Assembly: GCA_016866055.1 (NCBI GenBank)
Contig: VGNK01000001.1
Location: 1-46,024 of the forward strand
Length of the DNA stretch: 46,024 bases
Origin: Chloroflexota bacterium
GTDB lineage: Bacteria; Chloroflexota; Dehalococcoidia; UBA2979
Reading direction: 5' to 3'
Under the pieces are notes generated by a model. It had not been told where the DNA came from. It was given only the letters and a program-made list of their open reading frames with translations, and searched no databases. Shown piece after piece: positions 26,239 through 34,347 of the stretch. Each line of letters starts with the position of its first letter. The stretch's first letter is position 1. The position numbers were made by a program, and so were the translations under genes.

Positions 26239-27036
26239 ATGCACTACCCCGACTACCAGGACCTGGTCGTGGAAGTGCGCGACGGGATCGCGCGCTTCCG
26301 CATCAACCGACCCGACCGCCTGAACGCGTTCGGGCCGCGCACGCGGCCCGAGATCTTCGACCTCACCCCCCGGCTGCAGGAGGACGACGACGTGCGGGTC
26401 GTCGTGTGTACCGCCGAGGGACGGGGGTTCTGCTCGGGCGCGGACCTGGGCCCGCGGCCGGAGGCGGGCGACGCGCCGCGCCCGTCGCGCGCGGAGCGGA
26501 CGGCGCGGCTCGGCCAGAACGCGATCTCGACGATGATGCCGGGGATCGACAAGCCGACGATCGCATCGGTGAACGGCGTCGCCGCCGGCGGCGGCATGGC
26601 CTGGGCCTGCTCGTTCGACATCCGCATCCTCGGCCCGACGGCGCGCTTCACGACGGTCTTCGTGCGGCGAGCCTTCACCCCCGACAACGGCCTCACCTAC
26701 CTGCTGCCGCGGCTCGTGGGCGAGGCGCGCGCCTACGAGCTCTTCTTCACCGGGCGCGACGTCCTGGCCGAGGAGGCGGCACGCATCGGCCTCGGCAACG
26801 AGCTCGTCGATGACCCCGACACGCGCGCGCTTGAGCTCGCGGCCGAGCTCGCGGCGAACGCGCCGCTCTCGATGCTCTGGGCCAAGCGCGCGATCCAGTA
26901 CGGGCGAGACCACTCGCTCGCGGAGCTTGTCGAGTACGAGCGCGGCGCCGGCGCGCACACGCGAGACAGCACCGACCGCGTCGAGGGCGTGCGCGCCTTC
27001 CTCGAGAAGCGGCCCCCCCGCTTCACCGGCGAGTAG
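26239..27036 (+). CDS. enoyl-CoA hydratase/isomerase
   Basis: ATG 26239 chosen within the 349-aa track ORF. 'ARFRINRPDRLNAF', 'FCSGADLG', 'ASVNGVAAGGG', 'EGVRAFLEKRPPRF'. 265 aa. Confidence 0.85.
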   Translation: MHYPDYQDLVVEVRDGIARFRINRPDRLNAFGPRTRPEIFDLTPRLQEDDDVRVVVCTAEGRGFCSGADLGPRPEAGDAPRPSRAERTARLGQNAISTMMPGIDKPTIASVNGVAAGGGMAWACSFDIRILGPTARFTTVFVRRAFTPDNGLTYLLPRLVGEARAYELFFTGRDVLAEEAARIGLGNELVDDPDTRALELAAELAANAPLSMLWAKRAIQYGRDHSLAELVEYERGAGAHTRDSTDRVEGVRAFLEKRPPRFTGE

Positions 27037-27056
27037 CGGCGGCCGGCGCGAACGCA

Positions 27057-27083
27057 GCGGAGCCACCCCGGGGGCGGCTCCGC
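27057..27083 (+). terminator. GC hairpin GCGGAGCC...GGCTCCGC 20 nt after the hydratase stop
   Basis: Read directly. 8-bp outer stem plus inner C/G pairs; no T tract. Confidence 0.35.
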
Positions 27084-27134
27084 CTCGCATGCGTCGCATG
27101 CGCTCGTCCCGGCGGCCTGGGCGTCGAGCCAGAC

Positions 27135-27925
27135 CCCCTCCAACCGCCTTCTGCAGCGTCTCCCAGTCCTTGACGCTCGGGATGTCGTTGAGCTGGATCG
27201 CCCCCGACTGCGTGTTCGCGAGCCTCGTCGAGGGGTCGGGGACGATGAAGACGTCGACGCCGTCGAGGTAGGGCCGGTCCTTCACGTGGTACTCGGCGTA
27301 GCGATCCCACACGACGCGGTTGCCGCGGTCGTACGTCTTCATCTTGAACGGGCCGGTGCCGTTGATCGCCTTCTTGTGATCGAAGCCGCCCCCGATGTCT
27401 ATCGCCGAGTAGATCGCCATCCACCCCTGCCCGAGGATCGGCAGCAGGGAGAGCGACGACATCGGCCGGCTCAGCCTGAGCGTCACCGTGTAGTTGTCCG
27501 GCGTCTCGATCGACTTGATGGCAGCGAGCTGGTCCTGCCGCGGGCTGACGACGCCCTTCGGCGGGTCCTTCACGCGCTCGAGCGAGACCTTCACGTCCTC
27601 CGCGGCGAACGCCTTACCGTCGTGGAACGTCGCGTTCTGGACGAGCGTGAAGATGTACGTGAGGCCGTGTCGGTGATCTCCTGCTTCGACGCGAAGTCCC
27701 CGATGATCGCCTGCGGCGTCTCGATCGCGACCTTCGGGTCGACCTGCACGATCTGGTTGTGGCCGAGTGCCAAGTTGTGGTTGACGAGATACGTCGAGTT
27801 CGCGTGCAGGTCGAGGTTCGGCGGGTCGCCACCGATCACGTAGCGGAGCCGCCCGCCCCGCCGCGGAGCATCGACCGCCGGGTCAGCCGCGAGTGGCTGA
27901 GTCGCCTCCAGTTCCCCCCAGGCAT
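27135..27925 (-). pseudogene. decayed family-5 (DppA/OppA-like) ABC substrate-binding protein gene
   Basis: ATG 27925 with GAAGGGGG SD gives 'MPGGNWRRLSHSRLTRRSMLRGGAGGSAT*' (Tat-like n-region, stop at 27836). A second frame carries 'PRRGGRLRYVIGGDPPNLDLHAN...ASKQEITD'. A third, from about 27665, carries 'GLTYIFTLVQNATFHDGKAFAAEDV...GTGPFKMKTYD...SGAIQLNDIPSVKDWETLQKAV'. Coding signal ends near 27135, at roughly half the normal length. Confidence 0.75.
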
Positions 27926-28131
27926 GCGTGCCCCCTTCGATCGAGGTGCCCCGCGCCGCCCCGCGTGGACGGCGCCAACAGCCGGATTGGTACGCCCGCG
28001 ATGAACACGCGCGCAATCGGCACGTGGGCAGCACGCAGGTGATTGCGCGATCGCGCGCGCACGCGCGGTCGACGTCCGCCGTCGCGTCGTCTCCCGCGTC
28101 GCGCCCGTCATCAATATTCCGATAACGAGCG

Positions 28132-28160
28132 TTGCCGCGTTCAGGGGGTCGGGGTAAACT
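28132..28160 (+). promoter_or_regulatory. candidate promoter TTGCCG-n17-TAAACT
   Basis: Read directly, about 50 nt upstream of the ACAD start at 28212. The -10 is followed by CCCGGCGG, resembling the contexts at 5334 and 43822. Confidence 0.3.
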
Positions 28161-28211
28161 CCCGGCGGCCGCCGCGGGCGCGCGAACGACCCGCCGGTCC
28201 CGGCATGCGAG

Positions 28212-29441
28212 ATGGGGGCCCACGTGGACTTTGCACCGTCGTACACGCCCGAGCAGGAGGCCTTCCGCTCGGAAGTGCGCGCCTGGCTCTCGGAGCACAT
28301 GCCGAAGACCGGGGGGGACCTCGACTCGGACGAGAACTACCGGAAGTTCCGTCAGCTCGGTCGCGACCTGGGGAAGCGCGGGTGGCTGCGCCCTACCGCG
28401 CCGAAGCAGTACGGCGGCGGCGGGCTCGACGTTGCGAGCGCGATCGTGCTCTACGAGGAGATGGACGCCTACGGCCTCCCGATTCCGCCGTACTACGACA
28501 GCGGCGGGTGGCTCGGCGGCGCGAGCATCCTCGTCTGGGGTACCGAGGAGCAGAAGCAACGGCTGCTCCCGCCGATCTTCACCGGCGACGTCGTCACCTG
28601 GCAGCTCCTCACCGGTCCCGAGGCGGGCTCTGACCTCGCCGGCACGAAGACCGACGCGCGTCGTGACGGCGACGAGTACGTGATCAACGGCGAGAAGATC
28701 TACGTGGGCGGCTCGCACGGCGCCGACCAGTTCTGGACGATCACCCGCACCAACCCCGACGGCGACCGCCACAAGAACCTCAGCTGGTTCATGATCCCTG
28801 CGAACCTCCCGGGCATCACGGTGCGCCCGATGGAGCTCCTCGGCGACGGCGGCGAGGGGATCGGCGCGGGCGTCAAGAACACCGTCTACTTCGACAACGT
28901 GCGCGTCCCCGCCGCGAACCTCGTCGGCGGCGAGAACAACGGCTGGCAGGTCGCGAGCACGCACCTCGAGCTGGAGCACGGGTCGGGCGGGTCGGTCGGC
29001 CGCAACCGCTGGTTCACGCGCGCGCTGCGCTGGGCGAACGAGCAGCAGCGCGACGGGCGCCCGCTCATCGAGGATCCCGAGGCGCGCGACCGGCTCGTCG
29101 ACATCTTCGTGCTCACCGAGATCTCGCGGCTCTTCGGGCTGCGCAACTTCTGGATGAACCGCACTCACCAGCCGATGACCTACGAGGGCCCGCAGTCCTC
29201 CTACTTCCGCAAGCTCTCGGGGCTCAAGATCACGGAGGCGCTGCACAGCCTGTTCGGGCCGTACGCCCTCACGCACGACGAGCGCTGGGACTTCTCGGAG
29301 GGGACGCTGGACGCCTACCAGCGCAGCGCGATCGTTGCGCTGCACCCGGGCGGCACCGCGGACATCCAGAAGGTGATCATGGCGCGCCGCATCGGCATGG
29401 GGCGAGAGGAGCGGGAATCGGCCGGCAAGACCGTCGAGTAG
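28212..29441 (+). CDS. acyl-CoA dehydrogenase
   Basis: 'YTPEQEAFRSEVRAWL', 'YGGGGL', 'LLTGPEAGSDLAG', 'INGEKIYVGG', 'HLELEHGSGG' (IVD-type position). The C-terminal block reads 'LHPGGTADIQ' (no Glu at the MCAD position). 409 aa. The start could be GTG 28224. Confidence 0.9.
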   Translation: MGAHVDFAPSYTPEQEAFRSEVRAWLSEHMPKTGGDLDSDENYRKFRQLGRDLGKRGWLRPTAPKQYGGGGLDVASAIVLYEEMDAYGLPIPPYYDSGGWLGGASILVWGTEEQKQRLLPPIFTGDVVTWQLLTGPEAGSDLAGTKTDARRDGDEYVINGEKIYVGGSHGADQFWTITRTNPDGDRHKNLSWFMIPANLPGITVRPMELLGDGGEGIGAGVKNTVYFDNVRVPAANLVGGENNGWQVASTHLELEHGSGGSVGRNRWFTRALRWANEQQRDGRPLIEDPEARDRLVDIFVLTEISRLFGLRNFWMNRTHQPMTYEGPQSSYFRKLSGLKITEALHSLFGPYALTHDERWDFSEGTLDAYQRSAIVALHPGGTADIQKVIMARRIGMGREERESAGKTVE

Positions 29442-29480
29442 GCGCTGGAACCTAGGGCGCGCGCACGAAGGGATGCCGGG

Positions 29481-30614
29481 ATGGATCTCTCGCTGACCGA
29501 GAGCCAGCAGCTGCTGAAGCAGAGCGTCGAGGACTTCATCGAGCGCGAGGCCCCGCGAGACACGCTCGTGGAGCTGCAGCAGACCGAGCGCGGCTTCAAC
29601 GACACGATCTGGAAGACCGCCGCCGAGACCGGCTGGCTCGGGATGCTGATTCCCGAGCAGTACGGCGGCGGCGGCGCCGAGTTCACGGACGCGGCGGTCG
29701 TCTACGAGGCGCTGGGGCACGCGCCCATGCCCGGGCCGATGTTCTCCTCCGGGGTGCTCTCCGCGCAGATCATCCAGCACGTGGGGAGCGAGGAGCAGCG
29801 ACAGCGTCACCTACCCGCGATCGCCAGCGGCGAGGTGATCTGCACGTTCGCGCTCACCGAGCCCGAATACCGCTGGGGGCTGCACGGCGTCCGCATGCGC
29901 CCACGCGAGGACGGCGAGCACTACGTGCTCGACGGGGCGAAGCTCTTCGTCTACGACGCCCACGCGGCCGACTACGTGATCACCGCCGTGCGCACCGGGG
30001 ACGGCGAGGACGACATCGGCCTGCTGATGGTCGACACCAAGACCCCGGGCATCTCGACGCGGCGGCTCGGCGGCTTCACGAGCTCCGAGTCCGAGGTGAT
30101 CTTTCAGAACGCGCGCGTCCCGAAGTCCGCGCTGCTCGGCCGGCCCGGCGGGGTGCGCAACGCGCTCGACCGTGCTCTGATGAACGCCACGCCACTGCTG
30201 TGCGCCTACCAGGTCGGCGGCGCGCAGGCGGTGTTCGACCTCTCGGTGAAGTACAGCCGGGAGCGCGTGCAGTTCGGCCGTCCGATCGGGCGTTTCCAGT
30301 TCGTGCAGAACCACATCGTGCAGCTCGTGAACCACCTCGACGCGGCGCGCTGGACGACGTACGAGGCGCTCTGGAAGCTCGACAGCGGGCGCGAGGCGAC
30401 GGTGTCGGTGCACCTGGCGAAGGCGGTGACGAGCGAGGGCTACCGCGAGGCGTGCGACTACGCGCACGAGGTGCACGCGGGGACCGGCGTCATGCGCGAG
30501 TACGGGCTCACGCTGTTCACGCGGCTCTCTCGATCGCTCTACCACGCGCTGGGCGAGCCCCGGTACCACCGCAAGCGGCTCGCCGACCTCGTGGCGACGA
30601 TCGCGGTCGACTGA
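29481..30614 (+). CDS. acyl-CoA dehydrogenase
   Basis: ATG with GAAGGGA SD. 'MDLSLTESQQLLKQS', 'YGGGG', 'FALTEPE', 'LDGAKLFV', C-terminal 'ALGEPRYHRKRLA'. 377 aa. Confidence 0.9.
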   Translation: MDLSLTESQQLLKQSVEDFIEREAPRDTLVELQQTERGFNDTIWKTAAETGWLGMLIPEQYGGGGAEFTDAAVVYEALGHAPMPGPMFSSGVLSAQIIQHVGSEEQRQRHLPAIASGEVICTFALTEPEYRWGLHGVRMRPREDGEHYVLDGAKLFVYDAHAADYVITAVRTGDGEDDIGLLMVDTKTPGISTRRLGGFTSSESEVIFQNARVPKSALLGRPGGVRNALDRALMNATPLLCAYQVGGAQAVFDLSVKYSRERVQFGRPIGRFQFVQNHIVQLVNHLDAARWTTYEALWKLDSGREATVSVHLAKAVTSEGYREACDYAHEVHAGTGVMREYGLTLFTRLSRSLYHALGEPRYHRKRLADLVATIAVD

Positions 30615-30700
30615 GCCCGCGCCGCGCTGCGCTGCGATCGGGCACGCGCGGCGCGAGGGGCGGTGGTCGGGGCGAGCCGACTCGGGGCACGGGCAGCGGC

Positions 30701-30729
30701 GGGCGCGCCGCCGAACAGGCGGCGCGCCC
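30701..30729 (+). other. 12-bp perfect GC hairpin (GGGCGCGCCGCC-gaaca-GGCGGCGCGCCC) 25 nt upstream of the next start codon
   Basis: Read directly, between the ACAD stop (30614) and the CoA-transferase start (30754). A terminator or attenuator role is speculative. Confidence 0.3.
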
Positions 30730-30753
30730 CGCGTGCGGGCGCAGGGGGAGGCG

Positions 30754-32049
30754 ATGGCGAACGGGCCGCTCGAGGGTGTGCGGGTCCTGGAGTTCTCGCA
30801 GATCGTCGCGGCGCCATTCTGCGGCTGCATCCTCGCGGATGCCGGGGCGGACGTCGTCAAGGTCGAGCCCCTGCGCGGCGACCCGCATCGCAACGCCGGC
30901 GCGGTGATCCCGGGCTTCGGCAAGCGCTTCCAGTCACTCAACCGCGGCAAGCGCAGCCTGGCCATCGACCTCCAGCGCCCCGAGGGTCGTGAGGTCATCT
31001 ACCGGCTGCTCCCGGAATTCGACGTCGTCCTGATCAACTTCCGTGCAGGCGTGCCGAAGCGCCTCGGCGTCGACTACGAGACGTTCCGTGCGATCAATCC
31101 TCGCATCGTGTACTGCGAGATCACGGGCTTCGGCACCAGCGGACCGCTCGCCAAGCGCGCGGGCACGGACATCGTCGGCGTGGCCTACTCCGGGCTGATG
31201 GTCGGCGAGGCGAAGGTCGACGAGACCGGGGGGCCGATGGGCATCACCGCCGCATCGATCGCGGACTACTGCGCGGGGTTCTCGGCGGCGGCCTCGATCA
31301 ATGCCGCGCTGCTCTACCGCGAACGCCACGGGAGGGGTCAGAAGATCGAGACCTCGCTGCTGCGCGCGGCGCTCGCGATCCAGGACACGGTGGTGATGCG
31401 CGAGCCCGTGCACGACGCCGTGACGCGCGACCGCATGGTCGAGGAGATCCGAGAGGTGCGCGAGCGCCGGGGCTCCTACCAGGAGCTGCTGGACACCCGC
31501 ATGCGCGCCCGCATGCTGCGCGCGGCCTTCCGCGGCTACTACGGCGGCTACCAGACCGCTGACGGATCGTTCCTCGTGCTCGGCGCACTGACCCCGACGA
31601 CGCGAAACGCCGCGCGCCGTGTCCTCGGGATCACCGACGACAACAGCGACGATCCCGACTTCGACGCGAACGATCCCGCGAACATCGAGGCGGCCGAGCG
31701 GCGCCGCGAGCGGATCGCAGCAGTCGTCCGCACGCGGCCGCTGGACGAGTGGGTGGAGACGTTCGAGGGCGCGGGTGTGCCGTGCGCGCCGGTGAACGTG
31801 CCCGAGGAGATGTCCGATGACCCGCAGGTCGTCGCCCTCGGGATCATGCAGGAGCTCGTGCACCCGCTGACGGGGCCACAGCGCGTGGTCGGGCCGGTGG
31901 CGACGATGTCGGAGACGCCGCTGCGCGTGCGGCGACCGGCGCCGATCCTCGGGGCCGACTCGCTCGACGTGCTCGGCGAGCACGGGTTCGCGCGCGACGA
32001 GATCGACGCGCTGCTCGGCGGCGGGGTGGTCGGCATCCCGAACGGCTGA
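30754..32049 (+). CDS. family III CoA-transferase
   Basis: ATG 30754 with GGGGGAGG SD. 'GVRVLEFSQIVAAPFCGCILADAGADVVKVEP', 'TDIVGVAYSG'. 431 aa. Confidence 0.9.
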   Translation: MANGPLEGVRVLEFSQIVAAPFCGCILADAGADVVKVEPLRGDPHRNAGAVIPGFGKRFQSLNRGKRSLAIDLQRPEGREVIYRLLPEFDVVLINFRAGVPKRLGVDYETFRAINPRIVYCEITGFGTSGPLAKRAGTDIVGVAYSGLMVGEAKVDETGGPMGITAASIADYCAGFSAAASINAALLYRERHGRGQKIETSLLRAALAIQDTVVMREPVHDAVTRDRMVEEIREVRERRGSYQELLDTRMRARMLRAAFRGYYGGYQTADGSFLVLGALTPTTRNAARRVLGITDDNSDDPDFDANDPANIEAAERRRERIAAVVRTRPLDEWVETFEGAGVPCAPVNVPEEMSDDPQVVALGIMQELVHPLTGPQRVVGPVATMSETPLRVRRPAPILGADSLDVLGEHGFARDEIDALLGGGVVGIPNG

Positions 32050-32149
32050 CCGCGGCGAGCTCCTCCGCCTCCACCTCCCCCGCTCGCAGGGGCACGCGCG
32101 GTCGAGGATCGGCTCCGCGCCCGCGGGGCGACGAGGGAGGGGGGATCGC

Positions 32150-32545
32150 ATGTTCGAAGGCGTGGATCACGTGGTGATCGCGGTCAACGACCTCGAGCGG
32201 GGGATCGCGCAGTACGAGCAGATCTTCGGGCTGCCGGCGTCGGAGCGCGGCGAGCCGCCCGGGGAGACGTACGTCAACGCGATGTTCCGCTTCCCGGAAA
32301 CGATGGTGGAGTTGATCTCACCGAAGGGGCCCGAGGGCCCGGTGGCGAAGCGGCTCGAAGCCCGCGGCGAGGGCGTCTACCTGGTGGCGATGCGCGTCGA
32401 CGACCTGGAGGGCGAGATCCGGAGGCTGCGCGACGGCGGGGTACGCCTGATCGGCGACCCCGGGCCCGGCAAGCCGGCGACGGGGATGGTGTTCATCCAC
32501 CCCGGCTCGGCGGGCGGGGTGCTCGTCCAGCTCATCCGCAGATAG
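32150..32545 (+). CDS. methylmalonyl-CoA epimerase-like VOC protein
   Basis: ATG with GAGGGAGGGG SD. 'VDHVVIAVNDLERGIAQYEQIFG', 'MVELISP', 'GEGVYLVAMRVDDLEGEI', 'FIHPGSAGGVLVQL'. 131 aa. Confidence 0.75.
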   Translation: MFEGVDHVVIAVNDLERGIAQYEQIFGLPASERGEPPGETYVNAMFRFPETMVELISPKGPEGPVAKRLEARGEGVYLVAMRVDDLEGEIRRLRDGGVRLIGDPGPGKPATGMVFIHPGSAGGVLVQLIRR

Positions 32546-32567
32546 CGCGTCCGGAGCGGAACAAGGC

Positions 32568-32593
32568 GAGCGGCGGGCCCGGGCCCGCCGCTC
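32568..32593. terminator. perfect 26-nt palindrome GAGCGGCGGGCCCGGGCCCGCCGCTC between convergent genes
   Basis: Read directly. Candidate bidirectional terminator. Confidence 0.45.
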
Positions 32594-32624
32594 CGCCTGC
32601 GTGAGCCGGGGTCGTCGCGTCGCG

Positions 32625-33451
32625 CTAGTTCGCACCCCGCAGCCGCGGGTCGAACACGTCGCGCATCGCGTCGCCGAAGAGGTTGAACGCGAACACCGCG
32701 ACGCTGATCGCGATGCCCGGAAAGATCGCCAGCCACGGCGCGACGCGCACGTACTGCTGTGCGGCCCCGCTGAGCATGCTGCCCCACGAGGGCTCCGGCG
32801 GCGGCGTGCCCAACCCGAGGAAGCTGAGCGCCGCCTCGGCAACGATCGCCGAGCCGAATCCCGCGGTCGCCAGGATCACGACCGGCGCGAAGACGTTCGG
32901 GAGGACGTGGCCGAACACGATCCACCGCGGCGAGCAGCCGACGCACGTCGCGGCCTCCAGATACGGCATCCCATGATCCCCAGCGTCGACGAACGAACGA
33001 CGCGGGCGACGCGCGGGATGCTCACGATCCCGACCGCAATGATCACCTTGGTGATGCCGGGGCCGAGCACGGCGACGATCGCGAGCGGGAGCACGATCGT
33101 CGGGAACGCGAAGAGCGCGTCGACGACGCGCTGGATCACGTAGTCGACCCAGCGGCCGGCGAACGCGCTGATGATCCCGGTCGGCGTGCCCACGCCGATG
33201 CTGATCCCCACGGAGAGCAGACCGACCCAGAGCGAGATACGCGACCCGTGGATGATGCGGCTGAACACGTCACGCCCGAGGTTGTCCGTGCCGAACCAGT
33301 TGGCCCCGGAGGGGGGCTGCAGGAGCGACTTCGAGTTGATCGTGTAGGGATCGTGCGTCGCGATGAACGGCGCGAGCACTGCGACGATTGCGAGCAGGAT
33401 GAGCGCAAGGGCCGCCACCGCGCCGAGCGGGTTCCGGCGGCTGAACCGCAC
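32625..33451 (-). pseudogene. DppC/OppC-like ABC permease gene with one frameshift
   Basis: 'FGTDNLGRDVFSRIIHG...AFPTIVLPLAIVAVLGPG...IPRVARVVRSSTLGIMG' (ORF 32876..33451 frame), then 'MPYLEAATCVGCSPRWIVFGHVLPN...FNLFGDAMRDVFDPRLR' (ORF 32625..32969 frame). The break is at the C3 run 32970-32972. Confidence 0.8.
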
Positions 33452-33503
33452 GATCCGCCCCCACAGCGTCAGCCGCGGGATGGCGTGAATGGGAAGCTGC
33501 AGT

Positions 33504-33524
33504 CCGGTGGTACCACCGGTGGTA
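33504..33524. repeat. overlapping perfect palindromes CCGGTGGTACCACCGG / TACCACCGGTGGTA
   Basis: Read directly in the 143-nt junction between the two permease remnants. CCGGTGGTA repeats with a 12-nt period. Confidence 0.9.
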
Positions 33525-33594
33525 GCAATCTGGCGTCCCCCTGCCTCGGCGCGCCAGGCGCCGGCCGGCGACTTTGGATTCCTGCCCGGCGGCG

Positions 33595-34165
33595 CTATCC
33601 GAGCCGGATGCGCGGGTCGAGGCGCGTGTAGATGAGATCGACGGCCAGTTCGCGAACGCGAAGATCACGCCCGACTCCTTCACGCCCTTCGAGCGGGCGG
33701 TGTGGATGCAGTCCTCGCGCAGCACCTCGAGCAGACTCGAGCGCGTCATGCGGCTGACGAGCGCCGCCTGGATGTAGCCGAGCGCGAGCGCCGCCCAGAT
33801 CAGCTGCTGGAAGTTCACCCAGGGGTTCTCGGTGATGCCGACGTAGCCGAGCGGCGGCGTCCAGTTGAAGTAGGTCACGAGCCCCAGGATGCTCAGCACC
33901 CCGACCCAGAAGATCGGGATCGAGAGCCCGATGATCGCGAAGACGCGGGAGGCGTAGTCCATCCACGTCCCGCGCTTCACGGCCGCGATCACACCTGTCG
34001 GGATCGCGATGATCAGCGAGAAGAGCGTCGCCATCACGCCAAGCTCAATCGTGAGCGGCATGCGGCGGAAGAGCTCCTTGAAGACGGGCTCGCCGCTCCA
34101 GAGGGAGTCGCCGACGTCCAGCGTCACGAGGCCGGCCATCCAGGCGGCCGCTGCGAGACGTATTT
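33595..34165 (-). pseudogene. DppB/OppB-like ABC permease remnant (N-terminal truncation plus internal deletion/frame change)
   Basis: The core 'LDVGDSLWSGEPV...RRMPLTIELG...TARSKGVKESGVIF' is followed within about 3 codons, in another frame, by the C-terminal signature 'VRELAVDLIYTRLDPRIRLG*' (33657-33595). The first transmembrane segment and roughly 90 N-terminal codons are absent, and codon bias collapses upstream of about 34165. Confidence 0.7.
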
Positions 34166-34347
34166 CATTCTCGAGCCTCCCCCCGGATGGGGTGCCCCGC
34201 CCGACCCGGCAGCCGAGGATCACGTTCATCGCGAATCGGACCCCGGCGCGTCGAGGCGACCCCTCAGGTTCGCGCTGGCCCCGCGATTACATGCGAGGGT
34301 AGGATGCTGCGGCTCGGCGGCCGGGCTCGCGGTTCCTCCGGGCTGGG

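Noticed and set aside
25240-27594. 784-aa minus-strand ORF
   Set aside because: It is a chimera. The first roughly 150 codons are the binding-protein remnant; the rest is a shadow frame over two enoyl-CoA hydratase genes.
27591-29810. 739-aa minus-strand ORF
   Set aside because: Most of it is antisense to the acyl-CoA dehydrogenase genes. Only its last roughly 90 codons carry real (binding-protein) sequence, and those are treated as part of the 27135-27925 pseudogene.
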